DNA from: a virus
Length of the DNA: 64,000 bases
Reading direction: 5' to 3' (one strand)
IMG/VR virus record: IMGVR_UViG_3300007616_000002
Coordinates: 1 to 64,000 of that record
Part shown: in pieces, positions 29,983 through 39,850 of the stretch
Numbering within the stretch: the stretch's first letter is position 1
Layout: every line of letters begins with the position of its first letter
Program-made: the position numbers and the translations under genes
Notes under the pieces: model-generated
What the model saw: only the letters and a program-made list of their open reading frames with translations
What the model was told of the DNA's origin: nothing
Databases searched by the model: none

Positions 29983-30384
29983 TTATTCACCGAGCCCGTA
30001 TCCGAACTCTTCTAAAACATCTGACACCCCATCGGTGTCGAGGTCATCGTTCTGTCGCAAGCCGTTCATCACAACCGCCTCATACACATCGAGTTTCTGC
30101 ACCTCGTCTGAAGTAAAGTGGTCCTCCATCTCACGGACCATCGCCGTGAGGTCCTCGGCTGTCTGGTCGAGCATGTACATCGTCTTGGCAGTCTCTCTGA
30201 GATACTTCACACCATTGCCCTGTCTCCTGAAGATGAGCGGTATATCACCGCCGTCGAAGGGGGTTTGTCGGGCCTCGGGGGTGGGGGTAGCCACCTGTGT
30301 TTGTGTCTCCTCGGGCCCATCAGACGACTTCGCTGATGAGAGACCGTCGTCGCCGTCGAAACTGTAGTGGTCTTCTTTTGCCAT
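29983..30384 (-). CDS. small ParA-partner protein
   Basis: Coupled downstream of parA; layout as in haloarchaeal plasmids. Confidence 0.65.
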   Translation of the reverse strand: MAKEDHYSFDGDDGLSSAKSSDGPEETQTQVATPTPEARQTPFDGGDIPLIFRRQGNGVKYLRETAKTMYMLDQTAEDLTAMVREMEDHFTSDEVQKLDVYEAVVMNGLRQNDDLDTDGVSDVLEEFGYGLGE

Positions 30385-31262
30385 CAGGCCACCTCGGTTT
30401 TCTCAACGATACTCCCGTCATCCAGAGAGAACTCACCGTCGATGAGACCAGCTAGCTTGTCGAACTGGTCGAGCACGTCCGACTCGTAGTCACGAAGGTC
30501 GTGACCGTCGGAGTACTCGTAGATGGACTGGTTCTCACGCCATGCACTCTTCAGTACGTCACGCTGTCGAACGTCTATCGGAAGCACGAGCCTGCCACTG
30601 TCGTGCAGGTCAGAGCGAACGTTCTCGTAGATGTTACTGTCACGCACTCGATTGGGGACGAGACCTAGGATTGACAACGAGATAGAGTCATCAATTCGTT
30701 GCAGACCCTTCTCCATCGCGCTGATGGTATCCTCCAGCCCGCCGACCGAGACACGCCCTTTCTCTGTCAATTCAACGGGCATCAGCACGTTTCTCGTAGC
30801 GATGAGCGCATTGTTCACCACAGTCCCCAGACTCGCCGGACAGTCGATGAGGAAGTAATCGTAGTCCTCTGACAGTCTCTCTATCTCCGGTCGCAGTAAG
30901 AACTCTGCGCCACTGATATTCTCCAGAGCGATTTGCTTGTCGATGAACGCGAGGTCTTCGTGTGCGGGAACCACATCGAAGTCCTTCTGTTCGACAATCA
31001 CCTCGTCCAAGTGTACATCCTCGTTCATGAGCACATCGACAATCGTAGTGCCCTCTGACTGCTTGTACTCCGCGAGGCCCACATGGTTGGTCAGCGAGGC
31101 TGGCTGGGCATCTACGTCAACCAGCAGTACATCATGGCCTCTCCGACCGAGGGCCGCTCCGACGTTCAGCGTCATGGTCGTCTTGCCGTCTCCACCACTC
31201 TCGGACCACACCGATATAGCTCGTGGCATACCAGTGACCACCATTCCATCTGTATTAAACAC
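30384..31262 (-). CDS. parA: ParA/Soj ATPase
   Basis: SESGGDGKTT, LLVDVDAQPAS, DYFLIDCPASLG, NALIA. Confidence 0.9.
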   Translation of the reverse strand: MFNTDGMVVTGMPRAISVWSESGGDGKTTMTLNVGAALGRRGHDVLLVDVDAQPASLTNHVGLAEYKQSEGTTIVDVLMNEDVHLDEVIVEQKDFDVVPAHEDLAFIDKQIALENISGAEFLLRPEIERLSEDYDYFLIDCPASLGTVVNNALIATRNVLMPVELTEKGRVSVGGLEDTISAMEKGLQRIDDSISLSILGLVPNRVRDSNIYENVRSDLHDSGRLVLPIDVRQRDVLKSAWRENQSIYEYSDGHDLRDYESDVLDQFDKLAGLIDGEFSLDDGSIVEKTEVA

Positions 31263-31294
31263 CCGTCAGACACGCGGCATACAGCGCCACCTGA

Positions 31295-31340
31295 ACAGCC
31301 AGTAATACAGTTGGCTGGCCAGTAATCCAGCCAGTAATAT
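31295..31340. repeat. CCAG(TAAT) iteron-like repeats, copy 2 (upstream of parA)
   Basis: Three CCAGTAAT units; 21-bp identity with 13195-13215. Confidence 0.7.
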
Positions 31341-31520
31341 AGACAACTGGAAGTCCAGAGCGGGGACTCTCCGGACAATCAACCAAGCAATCTGTTTGTC
31401 CGTCTACCACCTCCCCGCATTGTATTGTATGACGAACGGGTCAACCGGCTGTAGAGCAGTCGATAAACCATATTCCGCTATACCAAAACTATTTGACCCT
31501 GCTCGACTTATTTGCACATA

Positions 31521-31994
31521 ATGGTAGGAAAACTTGACGAGGCGTATCTCACGGAATTACAGCAACGGCAACGTCCTGAAGGGCAACAATCGCTTTTTGA
31601 AGACTACAAACACAGTGCGACTGCTATCGCTGTCGTGACCGCCCCGACCGGTGGGATAGTTGAAATCTGCGATGAGTTCATGCCGGAGCTAGGGATGCCG
31701 CGAAGTGTGTTGGATGACTTCCAAAAGCTCAGAAGCCAGATGAACGAAGTGAGCGGGGTCAAAGAACACAACAAGGCATACGAGCGGTGTGACCTCGATT
31801 CGGAGTATAGAACGTACCTCAAGCTCAACAGTGATGCTCAGGAGGCCGTAGAATCGGTTGTGAACCGGTTGGAGTCAGGTGAGTCTATCACCCTCGTCTG
31901 CTTTGAGAAATCCCCCAAGCGGTGTCACAGGCACGTTCTGAAGGAAGAAATAGAAAAGCGTCTTGGAGAGAGGTCTCAGGCTACGAAGTCGTAA
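31521..31994 (+). CDS. DUF488-family protein
   Basis: ITLVCFEKSPKRCHRHVL. Confidence 0.75.
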   Translation: MVGKLDEAYLTELQQRQRPEGQQSLFEDYKHSATAIAVVTAPTGGIVEICDEFMPELGMPRSVLDDFQKLRSQMNEVSGVKEHNKAYERCDLDSEYRTYLKLNSDAQEAVESVVNRLESGESITLVCFEKSPKRCHRHVLKEEIEKRLGERSQATKS

Positions 31995-32339
31995 TCGTCC
32001 GACTCATCGAGCCGGAACTCTTCCATCTCTTCGCCCTCACCTGCTGAGCACTCTCCACAAAACAGTTCGCCGTTTACTTGAACGAGGTCTGAACCGCAGT
32101 TTGAACAATCCATAGGTAAACCTATTAGCCGGGCAGTACTTAAAACTTACGATTAAGGTGAAACTGAAGCCTACTCCTCTTCGAAGTAGTGGTCGTACTC
32201 ACCATCCACCCACTTCAACCGCCACTCTATGTCCCGATACTCAAGCTCTTCCGTCTGAATCTCCGCGACTTCATTGAGGCGCTCCCAGTATTCGTAAAGC
32301 ACATCGGGTTTGGAGGGTGGATTAAAAAGTTTTGGCTCC

Positions 32340-34919
32340 TTACGCGCAGGGTGAGTGGAAGCAGTTCGGGCAGATAGTACAGCCTTCACCGTCGTCTTCC
32401 ATTTCAGTGCCACACTCCTCACAGAGTTCTTCGCCAGTCTCCACGTCGAGGCCCAGTTCTTCGGCGGCCTCCGCGGTCATCTCACCAGACTTATAGAGGT
32501 CTTCGAGGGTCTGGTGAATATCATCGTCCGTCTCGTCAAGCTTGTTGTCACGTCGGACGGTCTTAACCTGCTCGTTCCGAGAGCCGTCACGATAGAACGT
32601 GAGCCCCTTCGCAGGTGCGCCGATGTTCTGGTCCTCGTCACTGATAGCTCGCATGAACGAGGTGTACACGTCGGCTCGTGTGGCGTCGTTGGGGGCGTTG
32701 ATGGTCTTCGAAATACCAGAGTCGGTGAACTCTTGGAACGACCTCTGCATGTCCGTGTGCTGGAACGATGTAAGCTCGTTCGTCGTAACGAACACGTCAG
32801 CGATTTTATCGGGAATCGAAAGGTCCTGCGGGCCCTCGAAGTCGTTCGTGGCCATAAGTTCCTGCGCCTCGGCCTTCACTTCTTCGGGGTCGTAGCCGTT
32901 CTCTTCGAGGACCTCACCGAAGTAGTCGTCAAACTCGACCAGCATGTCGTCACCCTGTACGTCATCACCGACGTTCTTGTAGTTCACGACGTTGAACAGG
33001 GGCTCACACCCACCAGTCGTGTTGCCGAGCATCGACGTGGTACCCGTCGGTGCGATAGTCGTCGTGTTGTGGTTACGGATTTTGAAGCCACCTTCCCAGT
33101 CGTCAGCGTCCTCGTAGGTGTGCTTCTCGAACCACTCGGGGTACTCAGTCGGGCTCGCATACTTGGACTCGTCCCAGTACTTGAACGTGCCACGCTCCTT
33201 GGCCAGTTCGTGCGAGACCATCTTGGACTCACGGTCGATTTCGTGCATGATGGCACGAGCGACCTCGTAGCTCTCGTCGGAGCCGTACTGGAGCCCCATT
33301 TGGAAGAGCATCTGAGCGAAGCCCATGATACCCAGACCAATCTTTCGCTGACCTTTCACACGGTCGGAAATCTGGTCTAGCGGGAACTCGGACTGTGTGA
33401 CAACGTTGTCGAGGAATCGAGTACCTGACTCGATGACGCGCTGGAACTGCTCGTTGTCGAGCGCCTTATCGACGTATTCGTGGACAAGCTCTTCAGTGTC
33501 AGCCTCAGAGATACGGCTGTCAGGCTGGTTCTGAAGCCACTGGCCGTAGGTGACGGCATCTTGGTTGAGCATCAACGAGAGATTGATGTGACCAAGGTTA
33601 CAGGCCTCGTGCTCACTGAGCGGCTGTTCGGCGCAGGGGTTGGTGGCCTCGATGGCGTGCTCGGGGTACTCTTCCACGTCGAAGCTGTGGTCACGGTTTG
33701 TCTCGTCGTAGTAGAAGAGACCGGGCTCACCGTTACGCCACGCACCGTCGATGATGAGGTCGAAAACAAACCGGGCGGGAAGCTCCATCTCTTCGACTTC
33801 TCGAAGCTTGTACTCGGACTCCTCAATCACAACTTCCTCAGTGAAAGCGGGGTTGGAATCTTCGGGGGCATCTTCAAGCGGGAACTCTTTGTTTCCGTCA
33901 GCATCAACGACCCACGTTTCAGTTTCATCGGTGAACGAGTCTTTCCACTTCTCAGCGACGGAGACCTTCTCACCAGCTTCGGGGTCCCACGCCATAATCT
34001 CGTCGGCGTAGTCTCGCCAGAAGTTCTCCTTGACGAGCTTGCCGGACACACCGTCTTCCTGTGCGTCTTCCCAGTCCTGCGGATTGTTCTCGAACTCGGG
34101 GTTGTAGAAGTTTGCCGTCTCTTCGACTACCTCGAACGCCTCTTCGTAGTCGCTCTCGGGGTCGAAGAACGTGTACGTGCCACCGTGCTCGACAGCCTTC
34201 TTGAAGTCGTCGGTGACACCGACTGAGATGTTGAAGTTGTCCAGTTCTCCTTCCTTTCGCTTGGCGCAGATGAATCGACCAATGTCGGCATGGTCGATGC
34301 GAAGGATTCCCATCTGTGCCCCCCGTCGTTTTCCGCCTTGTTCCACAGTCCCACATGTTGTATTAAACACCTCCATGAAGGAAATGGGACCCGAGGAAAC
34401 GCCACCAGTCGATTCAACGATAGCGCCCTGCGGGCGTAGGTGCGAGAAGGAGTAACCGACACCGCCGCCGGACTTGAAAATAAGCGCCGCGTGGCGTGCG
34501 GAGTCAAAGATGTGGTCCATGTCGTCCTTCGGTTCGAGGACGAAACATGCAGAAAGTTGCTGAAGGTCGGTATCAGCGTTCATCAGCGTGGGCGAGTTCG
34601 GCATGAACTGCTGGGTCTCCATCAGGTGCTGGAACTCGTCGGCCCACTCCTGATACTGTTCTTGCGCTTCGAGTGTGTTCGGGTCGTCTACATGGTCGAA
34701 CTCGGCCTCTGCGACGTTACTGGCGACTCGCTCGAATAGCTCTTCAGGCTCTTCAATCACCTCACCATCACCATCTCGCTTCAGATAGCGAGCCGGGAGA
34801 ATGTTATAGAGGGCGTTATCAGTAAAACCCTCCATCGGCTCGGGGATGGACTGAATCGGCGTTTCGATTGTCTGAACTTGCTCTTCGGCTTCAACTTGAG
34901 TGTCTGCGTTCGTGCTCAT
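32340..34919 (-). CDS. nrdJ: class II (B12-dependent) ribonucleotide reductase
   Basis: FMPNSPTLMN, SACFV, GGKRRGAQMG, NPCAEQPL..ACNLG, TIAPTGTTS, C-terminal Zn finger. Confidence 0.93.
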   Translation of the reverse strand: MSTNADTQVEAEEQVQTIETPIQSIPEPMEGFTDNALYNILPARYLKRDGDGEVIEEPEELFERVASNVAEAEFDHVDDPNTLEAQEQYQEWADEFQHLMETQQFMPNSPTLMNADTDLQQLSACFVLEPKDDMDHIFDSARHAALIFKSGGGVGYSFSHLRPQGAIVESTGGVSSGPISFMEVFNTTCGTVEQGGKRRGAQMGILRIDHADIGRFICAKRKEGELDNFNISVGVTDDFKKAVEHGGTYTFFDPESDYEEAFEVVEETANFYNPEFENNPQDWEDAQEDGVSGKLVKENFWRDYADEIMAWDPEAGEKVSVAEKWKDSFTDETETWVVDADGNKEFPLEDAPEDSNPAFTEEVVIEESEYKLREVEEMELPARFVFDLIIDGAWRNGEPGLFYYDETNRDHSFDVEEYPEHAIEATNPCAEQPLSEHEACNLGHINLSLMLNQDAVTYGQWLQNQPDSRISEADTEELVHEYVDKALDNEQFQRVIESGTRFLDNVVTQSEFPLDQISDRVKGQRKIGLGIMGFAQMLFQMGLQYGSDESYEVARAIMHEIDRESKMVSHELAKERGTFKYWDESKYASPTEYPEWFEKHTYEDADDWEGGFKIRNHNTTTIAPTGTTSMLGNTTGGCEPLFNVVNYKNVGDDVQGDDMLVEFDDYFGEVLEENGYDPEEVKAEAQELMATNDFEGPQDLSIPDKIADVFVTTNELTSFQHTDMQRSFQEFTDSGISKTINAPNDATRADVYTSFMRAISDEDQNIGAPAKGLTFYRDGSRNEQVKTVRRDNKLDETDDDIHQTLEDLYKSGEMTAEAAEELGLDVETGEELCEECGTEMEDDGEGCTICPNCFHSPCA

Positions 34920-35339
34920 GTTTAAGATATTTACGGATTTGTCCCTTGTCTCGGGTGGTACTTAAACCCTTCGTTACGAAAACGCGAGAGGGGTCCCCAA
35001 TCGTATATAAATTCAGTGACTGGAACCCGTCTATGCGTTTAGAAAGGAGTGTGAGATACTGGTGTAGACCAGTAGTTCAACGGGTGGAGGGACACGCCCG
35101 TAATGGGCACGTAACATGGTAAGCAGAGATAGTTTTTAAGTGGCCCCCCAAACTGTGTTGGTCGAAGGATTTATATACCCTCCAGAGTGTAGCGGTAAGT
35201 GCGGCAAAAAAGAGAGCGGGGGTCTTAAACAAAGGTAAACACACTTGCGACAGCATTGTCTGGACGGTGCTATCCCTCTTCCCCGTTGCTGTCCTCTGGG
35301 GAAAGGCTTAAGTCCCGGCCGTTCAAATAGTCTGATAAC

Positions 35340-35672
35340 ATGACTGAAGAAGACGAGACTGTTCCGGAGCGTTTACTTGACCCGGAGTGGCGGATGCAAA
35401 ACATCTTGAAGTACGCAACAGAAAAACGAGAAGACACAGACGTAATCGTGCAACATCCTGTTCGAGAAGAGTCTCCCGAAAGTGTTGATGCTGAGTTCGT
35501 TGAGGTGATGGGACTTTCTGTCGGTTCCAATGGGAACGGTGTTGTGACTATTCAGAACACCACTTCTGACACTTCCATGACCGAGCGATTCGTCGCTTTT
35601 GATGCGGAACTAATTGATGGCCTCGTTCAAGCACTCGAAGATGTTAAGCGCAGGGAGAACACCGATGAGTAG
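35340..35672 (+). CDS. hypothetical protein
   Basis: Leaderless ATG after promoter. Confidence 0.65.
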   Translation: MTEEDETVPERLLDPEWRMQNILKYATEKREDTDVIVQHPVREESPESVDAEFVEVMGLSVGSNGNGVVTIQNTTSDTSMTERFVAFDAELIDGLVQALEDVKRRENTDE

Positions 35673-36282
35673 ACCGTTGGTTATCTCTATCGAGGGGATA
35701 GACGGCTCGGGGACAACCAGTGTTACTGATGCCGCACAGAAGCGGTTCAAAAACGTCAAGACGACAGCAGAGCCCGCTGAGCAGTTCTACACTGGTGAAG
35801 CTACCCGAAAGGCCATCAACGACAACAAGACGCACCCGATGACTGATTTTCACTTCTTCATCGGGGACCGGGCCTACCACATCGAGAACACCATCAAGCC
35901 CGCGCTTAAGGCCGGGCGAACTGTCATTACGGACCGGTATCTCCACTCGACGTTCGCGTATCAGCAAGTAAATCTAGATGGTGTTGTCGATGAGCCTGAA
36001 GAGTACATCCATGAGTCCATGAAAGAGTGGGTTCTCTATCCCAACCTCACTATCCTTCTTGATGTTCCGGCTGATGTGGCCGCTGAACGAACATCTGACG
36101 ATGACAAGTACGAAGTGTCATCTTTCCAGAAGAAGGTTCGGCAGAACTATCTTGACCTCGCTGAAGACGACCCGTCCGTCATTACCGTCGATGCGTCTCA
36201 GCCCAAGGAGAAGGTCATGATGGAGTCGTTGACCATTATCGAAGAAGCGATGACGCAGATGCACGAAGAGGATGGGTGGTAA
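35665..36282 (+). CDS. tmk: thymidylate kinase
   Basis: SIEGIDGSGTTS, DRAYH, VITDRYLHSTFAYQ. Confidence 0.93.
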   Translation: MSRPLVISIEGIDGSGTTSVTDAAQKRFKNVKTTAEPAEQFYTGEATRKAINDNKTHPMTDFHFFIGDRAYHIENTIKPALKAGRTVITDRYLHSTFAYQQVNLDGVVDEPEEYIHESMKEWVLYPNLTILLDVPADVAAERTSDDDKYEVSSFQKKVRQNYLDLAEDDPSVITVDASQPKEKVMMESLTIIEEAMTQMHEEDGW

Positions 36283-36541
36283 CATGGCCAAGCTCACGCA
36301 CATCAACAACGGGAACGACTGGGAGGCTATTTATATCGAGGGTGAGAAGGTCACGGACCAGCATCTCGGACGACTCTGGCCGAAGAGCGTTCTCGACCTC
36401 ATGGTAGCGCATGACATTACAGAGACAGAGACAAAAACTGAACCCGAGTTCGAGTTTCCGGAAGTTCTGGAAGACGAGTAAACACAGTGCGTTTTTCACC
36501 GGGTCGAAAGTATTAAGTACCACCCATTCAAATAGAAGGTT

Positions 36542-36690
36542 GCCGCAAACGCGTGGTAACTCCGTCGTAAAACTAAGTCCCGTAAACCTCGGCGGTTAAT
36601 AACGTCGGGCTATGGACGAGCGTGCGGGTGACGGCCCACTGGTGTTGGAAGACTTCGTTGCGCGGAGTGGCGAGCCTAACTCGCCAACGG
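36542..36690 (+). ncRNA. unassigned structured RNA upstream of tRNA-Leu
   Basis: Promoter at ~36512; stems CTCCG/CGGAG, GTCC/GGAC, TGGCGAG/CTCGCCA; no credible ORF. Confidence 0.45.
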
Positions 36691-36698
36691 TTTCAGTT

Positions 36699-36781
36699 GG
36701 AGGTGTACCCAAGTGGTCAAAGGGGCACCGTTGAGGGCGGTGTGGCGTAGGCCTTCGCAGGTTCGAGTCCTGTCACCTCCA
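36699..36781 (+). tRNA. tRNA-Leu(GAG)
   Basis: Cloverleaf, CACCG-TTGAGGG-CGGTG, long variable arm. Confidence 0.92.
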
Positions 36782-36782
36782 T

Positions 36783-36992
36783 ATGAAAGAAGACCAGACG
36801 GCTGAACTGAGGCACATACTGAGTTTCGTCCAGTCACATCTCGACAAGCACGACGTTCGAATGAGTAACTGTAGCTACGACATTGTGTCCCACACGGATA
36901 CAGAGCCCGGACGTGTTCCAGAACCTGATTTCGAAGTCACAGGACAGGAAGTAGAAGTCTCGTTCAAGTACACGGTTCCGTTCGAGGAATGA
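36783..36992 (+). CDS. hypothetical protein
   Basis: ATG 1 nt after the tRNA 3' end. Confidence 0.55.
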   Translation: MKEDQTAELRHILSFVQSHLDKHDVRMSNCSYDIVSHTDTEPGRVPEPDFEVTGQEVEVSFKYTVPFEE

Positions 36993-37786
36993 AATCCCAT
37001 CTACTGGCGGGACAACGGAGGTTTTACGAGTGTGACAGCGAGCATAAGCTCTTTCTCGGCGGCCGTCGTTCGGGAAAGACTCATGCGCTTGCTTTTGAAG
37101 GAATTGAAGCCTCGATAGAGCACGGCCTCGATGTGTTGTTACTTACTCAGCGGGAGATGATGGCACAAAACGCGGTCGACACCGCGAGAGAAATATCCTT
37201 CGACCAGTTTAACCAGATGAGTTTGAAAACTAATGGGAAATTAAAGCTGAAGTACAAAAATGGCGGGACGTTTCACGCCAATACGTTTACTCGTGTCACT
37301 GGGGGGCTGAGAGTCAACCATTATGATTTACTTCTAATTGATGAAGTTCAGGAGATTGACCCGGACAACCTGAGAAGCCTCTACAGATACACGTATGAAA
37401 TGTCTCCGAAACTGTTTGAGGGATTCTATGCGGCTGGAACCCCGTTAGACGGGCTAAATGAGCCTCTTGAATTTTTGAGAGATGAAGAATTTGTGTTTAT
37501 GCCTGTTTCAACCATCGAAAATTCAATGATTAACCATGAGGTGGTGCAAGAGCAACGACAAAGGCTTTCTGAAGTAGAGTTTCGAAAGCGGTTCATGGTT
37601 GGTCTCAATGTAGGTGGTCATATGCTCTTTAATATTGAGCAAGACGGAGAACGTCTTCATCAGTGCATGTTGTGTGACTTTGAAGAAGCAATTCCGCTGA
37701 ATTTCCCCGATGAGAAGGTGTCTGCGGTTGAGGGGTATATCTTCGGAAAGGCACAGAAGTCATCCTGCAATAAGCAAAAGGTTTAA
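36989..37786 (+). CDS. terminase-large-subunit-like ATPase domain (no nuclease domain)
   Basis: Q motif, GGRRSGKT, LLLIDE, AGTP, STIENS. Confidence 0.7.
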   Translation: MKSHLLAGQRRFYECDSEHKLFLGGRRSGKTHALAFEGIEASIEHGLDVLLLTQREMMAQNAVDTAREISFDQFNQMSLKTNGKLKLKYKNGGTFHANTFTRVTGGLRVNHYDLLLIDEVQEIDPDNLRSLYRYTYEMSPKLFEGFYAAGTPLDGLNEPLEFLRDEEFVFMPVSTIENSMINHEVVQEQRQRLSEVEFRKRFMVGLNVGGHMLFNIEQDGERLHQCMLCDFEEAIPLNFPDEKVSAVEGYIFGKAQKSSCNKQKV

Positions 37787-37811
37787 TACGCACCCGACTA
37801 AATACATGTAT

Positions 37812-38228
37812 ATGAACACCGAAGAAGAGTATCCGAATATCAAAGAAGTACTCAACAATAGCAGTAAGGTGGCCAACGCTTACTGTGCGGCAAAGTACGC
37901 CATCTGGCAAGTTGGATATGTGCTATTCCTGCTTATCGGCGGAGTAGCAACAATCCTTGTCGGCATCGCTTTACTTATTTTAGCCGTCCTTGAAAAGATA
38001 TTAAAGCTTGTTGGAGAGGGTGTAGATATAGCGTCCGACAAGCTTAGTGTCAGTGACGCTGGGTCCCAAGTGTCTGAAGCTATCGAAAGTGGTCACGAGA
38101 AGTCCAAGGAAACACCCGTTGTTCGACGCATCTGGGGTGAGTGTCCTGTCAGTATCAAGCAGGAGCCGAAGTGGTTCGAGACAATCGCTGACACTATTGA
38201 ACGAAAGCTAGACGACCTGTTCCATTAG
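37812..38228 (+). CDS. membrane protein
   Basis: Long hydrophobic segment; promoter at ~37782. Confidence 0.6.
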   Translation: MNTEEEYPNIKEVLNNSSKVANAYCAAKYAIWQVGYVLFLLIGGVATILVGIALLILAVLEKILKLVGEGVDIASDKLSVSDAGSQVSEAIESGHEKSKETPVVRRIWGECPVSIKQEPKWFETIADTIERKLDDLFH

Positions 38229-38249
38229 GCAATAGAACAACCACATTGT

Positions 38250-38367
38250 GCCGTCGTTGAGCAATGGTAGCTCGCCGGTCTTGAAAAAACGATGGAATTA
38301 ATTCCATCGTAGCAAGATAACCGGCGTCTGAAATATTGGCATAGGGGTTCGAATCCCCTCGACGGCG
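38250..38367 (+). tRNA. tRNA-Ser(TGA) with canonical 33-nt intron (38286-38318)
   Basis: Central helix CTTG/CAAG with AAA and ATA bulges at 37/38; long variable arm; G73. Confidence 0.9.
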
Positions 38368-38370
38368 TTC

Positions 38371-38973
38371 ATGAACGATATAGACCTCTTAGAACTCGCT
38401 GAAAAGGTTGGCGAGGACTTTCCGATGGATTTTAAATATCAGGTATACGATGAAACGGCCCGATTCAGAGAGGTGCTTCGTATTGGTCTGAACGCACAGT
38501 ATGTCGATGGGAGTGAACAGCCAGTCACAGGGGAGGTAACCGTCACACCTGAGATAGTCACAGACTCGAATATTAACCCACTGGAACTTCTCGAAGGGCA
38601 GATACAGAAAACACATAGAAGTGTTATAGAGAACTCTTCCGACAAGATAGAGGTCAACGGTCACGAGATTCAAATACAGATGACACACGGCTTCAGGGCG
38701 ACGTGTCTCGATACTGGTGTGGAACTGTCCGTCCAGCCGGAAGAATACAAACACACGCCGCCAGCTACTCTCCACGTAGACGGGGTAGATGAAGCTCTGA
38801 CGGTAACAGACGCCACTGTGTTTGATGACTCCCGAGACCTCCCATACCACATCAAGGAAAAGTTGTTGATGTACGTCGTCGGCTGGGCGATGGAGTACTC
38901 CCCGGATGAATGGTTTAACCAACACTCGGGCGAGTTGTTGGTTAAGTCTACCGAAGGGCGTCGAAAGATTTAA
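38371..38973 (+). CDS. hypothetical protein
   Basis: 200-aa acidic ORF 3 nt after the tRNA. Confidence 0.7.
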   Translation: MNDIDLLELAEKVGEDFPMDFKYQVYDETARFREVLRIGLNAQYVDGSEQPVTGEVTVTPEIVTDSNINPLELLEGQIQKTHRSVIENSSDKIEVNGHEIQIQMTHGFRATCLDTGVELSVQPEEYKHTPPATLHVDGVDEALTVTDATVFDDSRDLPYHIKEKLLMYVVGWAMEYSPDEWFNQHSGELLVKSTEGRRKI

Positions 38974-39146
38974 GTACCCCCGGGTTATACATGAGTACAC
39001 AAGGACGTGTCAGACCGAGGTGACGCTTGGAAGACACGGGCAAGGGAAAAAGGTCACCATCCTGATTCCCAATAGTCATACGGTGATGGAATTGAGATGG
39101 AACCCCGTCATTAGTCGTAGACACTGGGGAATTAATATTCCCCGTT

Positions 39147-39219
39147 GCCGGGTTAGTTTAGTGGCCTAAAATGAGGCACTGTCACTGCCTCGCCGCGGGT
39201 TCGACTCCCGCACCCGGCG
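39147..39219 (+). tRNA. tRNA-Asp(GTC)
   Basis: Cloverleaf, loop CTGTCAC, G73. Confidence 0.92.
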
Positions 39220-39431
39220 TTTCCCCGAGCCGATAGCGGACCCTACGCACACATCGCTACACTTCAACTCCACGGCTCATGCAAGCTTTGCTTCGGGTCA
39301 TCCGGTCCGTGGTGTAGGTGCAGGGGAAATTGGGTTTGGGCGGTGCAACTCCGTCCTGCCTGCGATAGACGCCTCACGGTACATCGCAAATTTCCACAGT
39401 TAGGGGGCTAACATCCCCATATCACTGTCTC

Positions 39432-39505
39432 GGACGGGTAGCATAACTGGGAATGCACTCCCATGAATCGGGAGACTGATGTAGGTTCGAATCCTACCCT
39501 CTCCA
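39432..39505 (+). tRNA. atypical tRNA-Phe(GAA)-like gene
   Basis: Cloverleaf, but loop ATGAATC (A32, T37) and a C-C mismatch in the acceptor stem. Confidence 0.65.
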
Positions 39506-39508
39506 TTC

Positions 39509-39582
39509 GCTCCCATAGGGTAGCTGGCCAATCCTGTCGGCCTTTCGAGCCGACGACGTGGGTTCGAGTCCCACTGGGAGCA
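39509..39582 (+). tRNA. tRNA-Glu(TTC)
   Basis: Cloverleaf, loop CTTTCGA. Confidence 0.93.
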
Positions 39583-39770
39583 TGAGCCGAGACCTCACTC
39601 GGTGGAGGCCGTATGACCATGCTCCGAGAAGGTGCGCTGACTACCCTGCGTAAGCAGGTTACGCGTGTCCACGATGGGCGTGGGTGCGGCAAGTAAAGGG
39701 GAGTGAAGCCAAGGTTTGCGGACAACTGGCCATTGTCGCGGCGAGCGGCCCCAATTACCGCTATACAAAC

Positions 39771-39839
39771 ACGAGCGTGGGGTAGTTCGGTTATCCCTCT
39801 CGGGAACGAGAGACGCTGGTTCAAATCCAGCCGTTCGTA
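39771..39839 (+). ncRNA. anticodon-less tRNA mimic
   Basis: Acceptor, D and T arms intact; anticodon arm is CTCTCG-GGAA-CGAGAG. Confidence 0.75.
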
Positions 39840-39850
39840 TGAGACAGTGT

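Noticed and set aside
36989-37786. The genome-packaging terminase
   Set aside because: Too short, no RNase H-like nuclease domain, not in a head module
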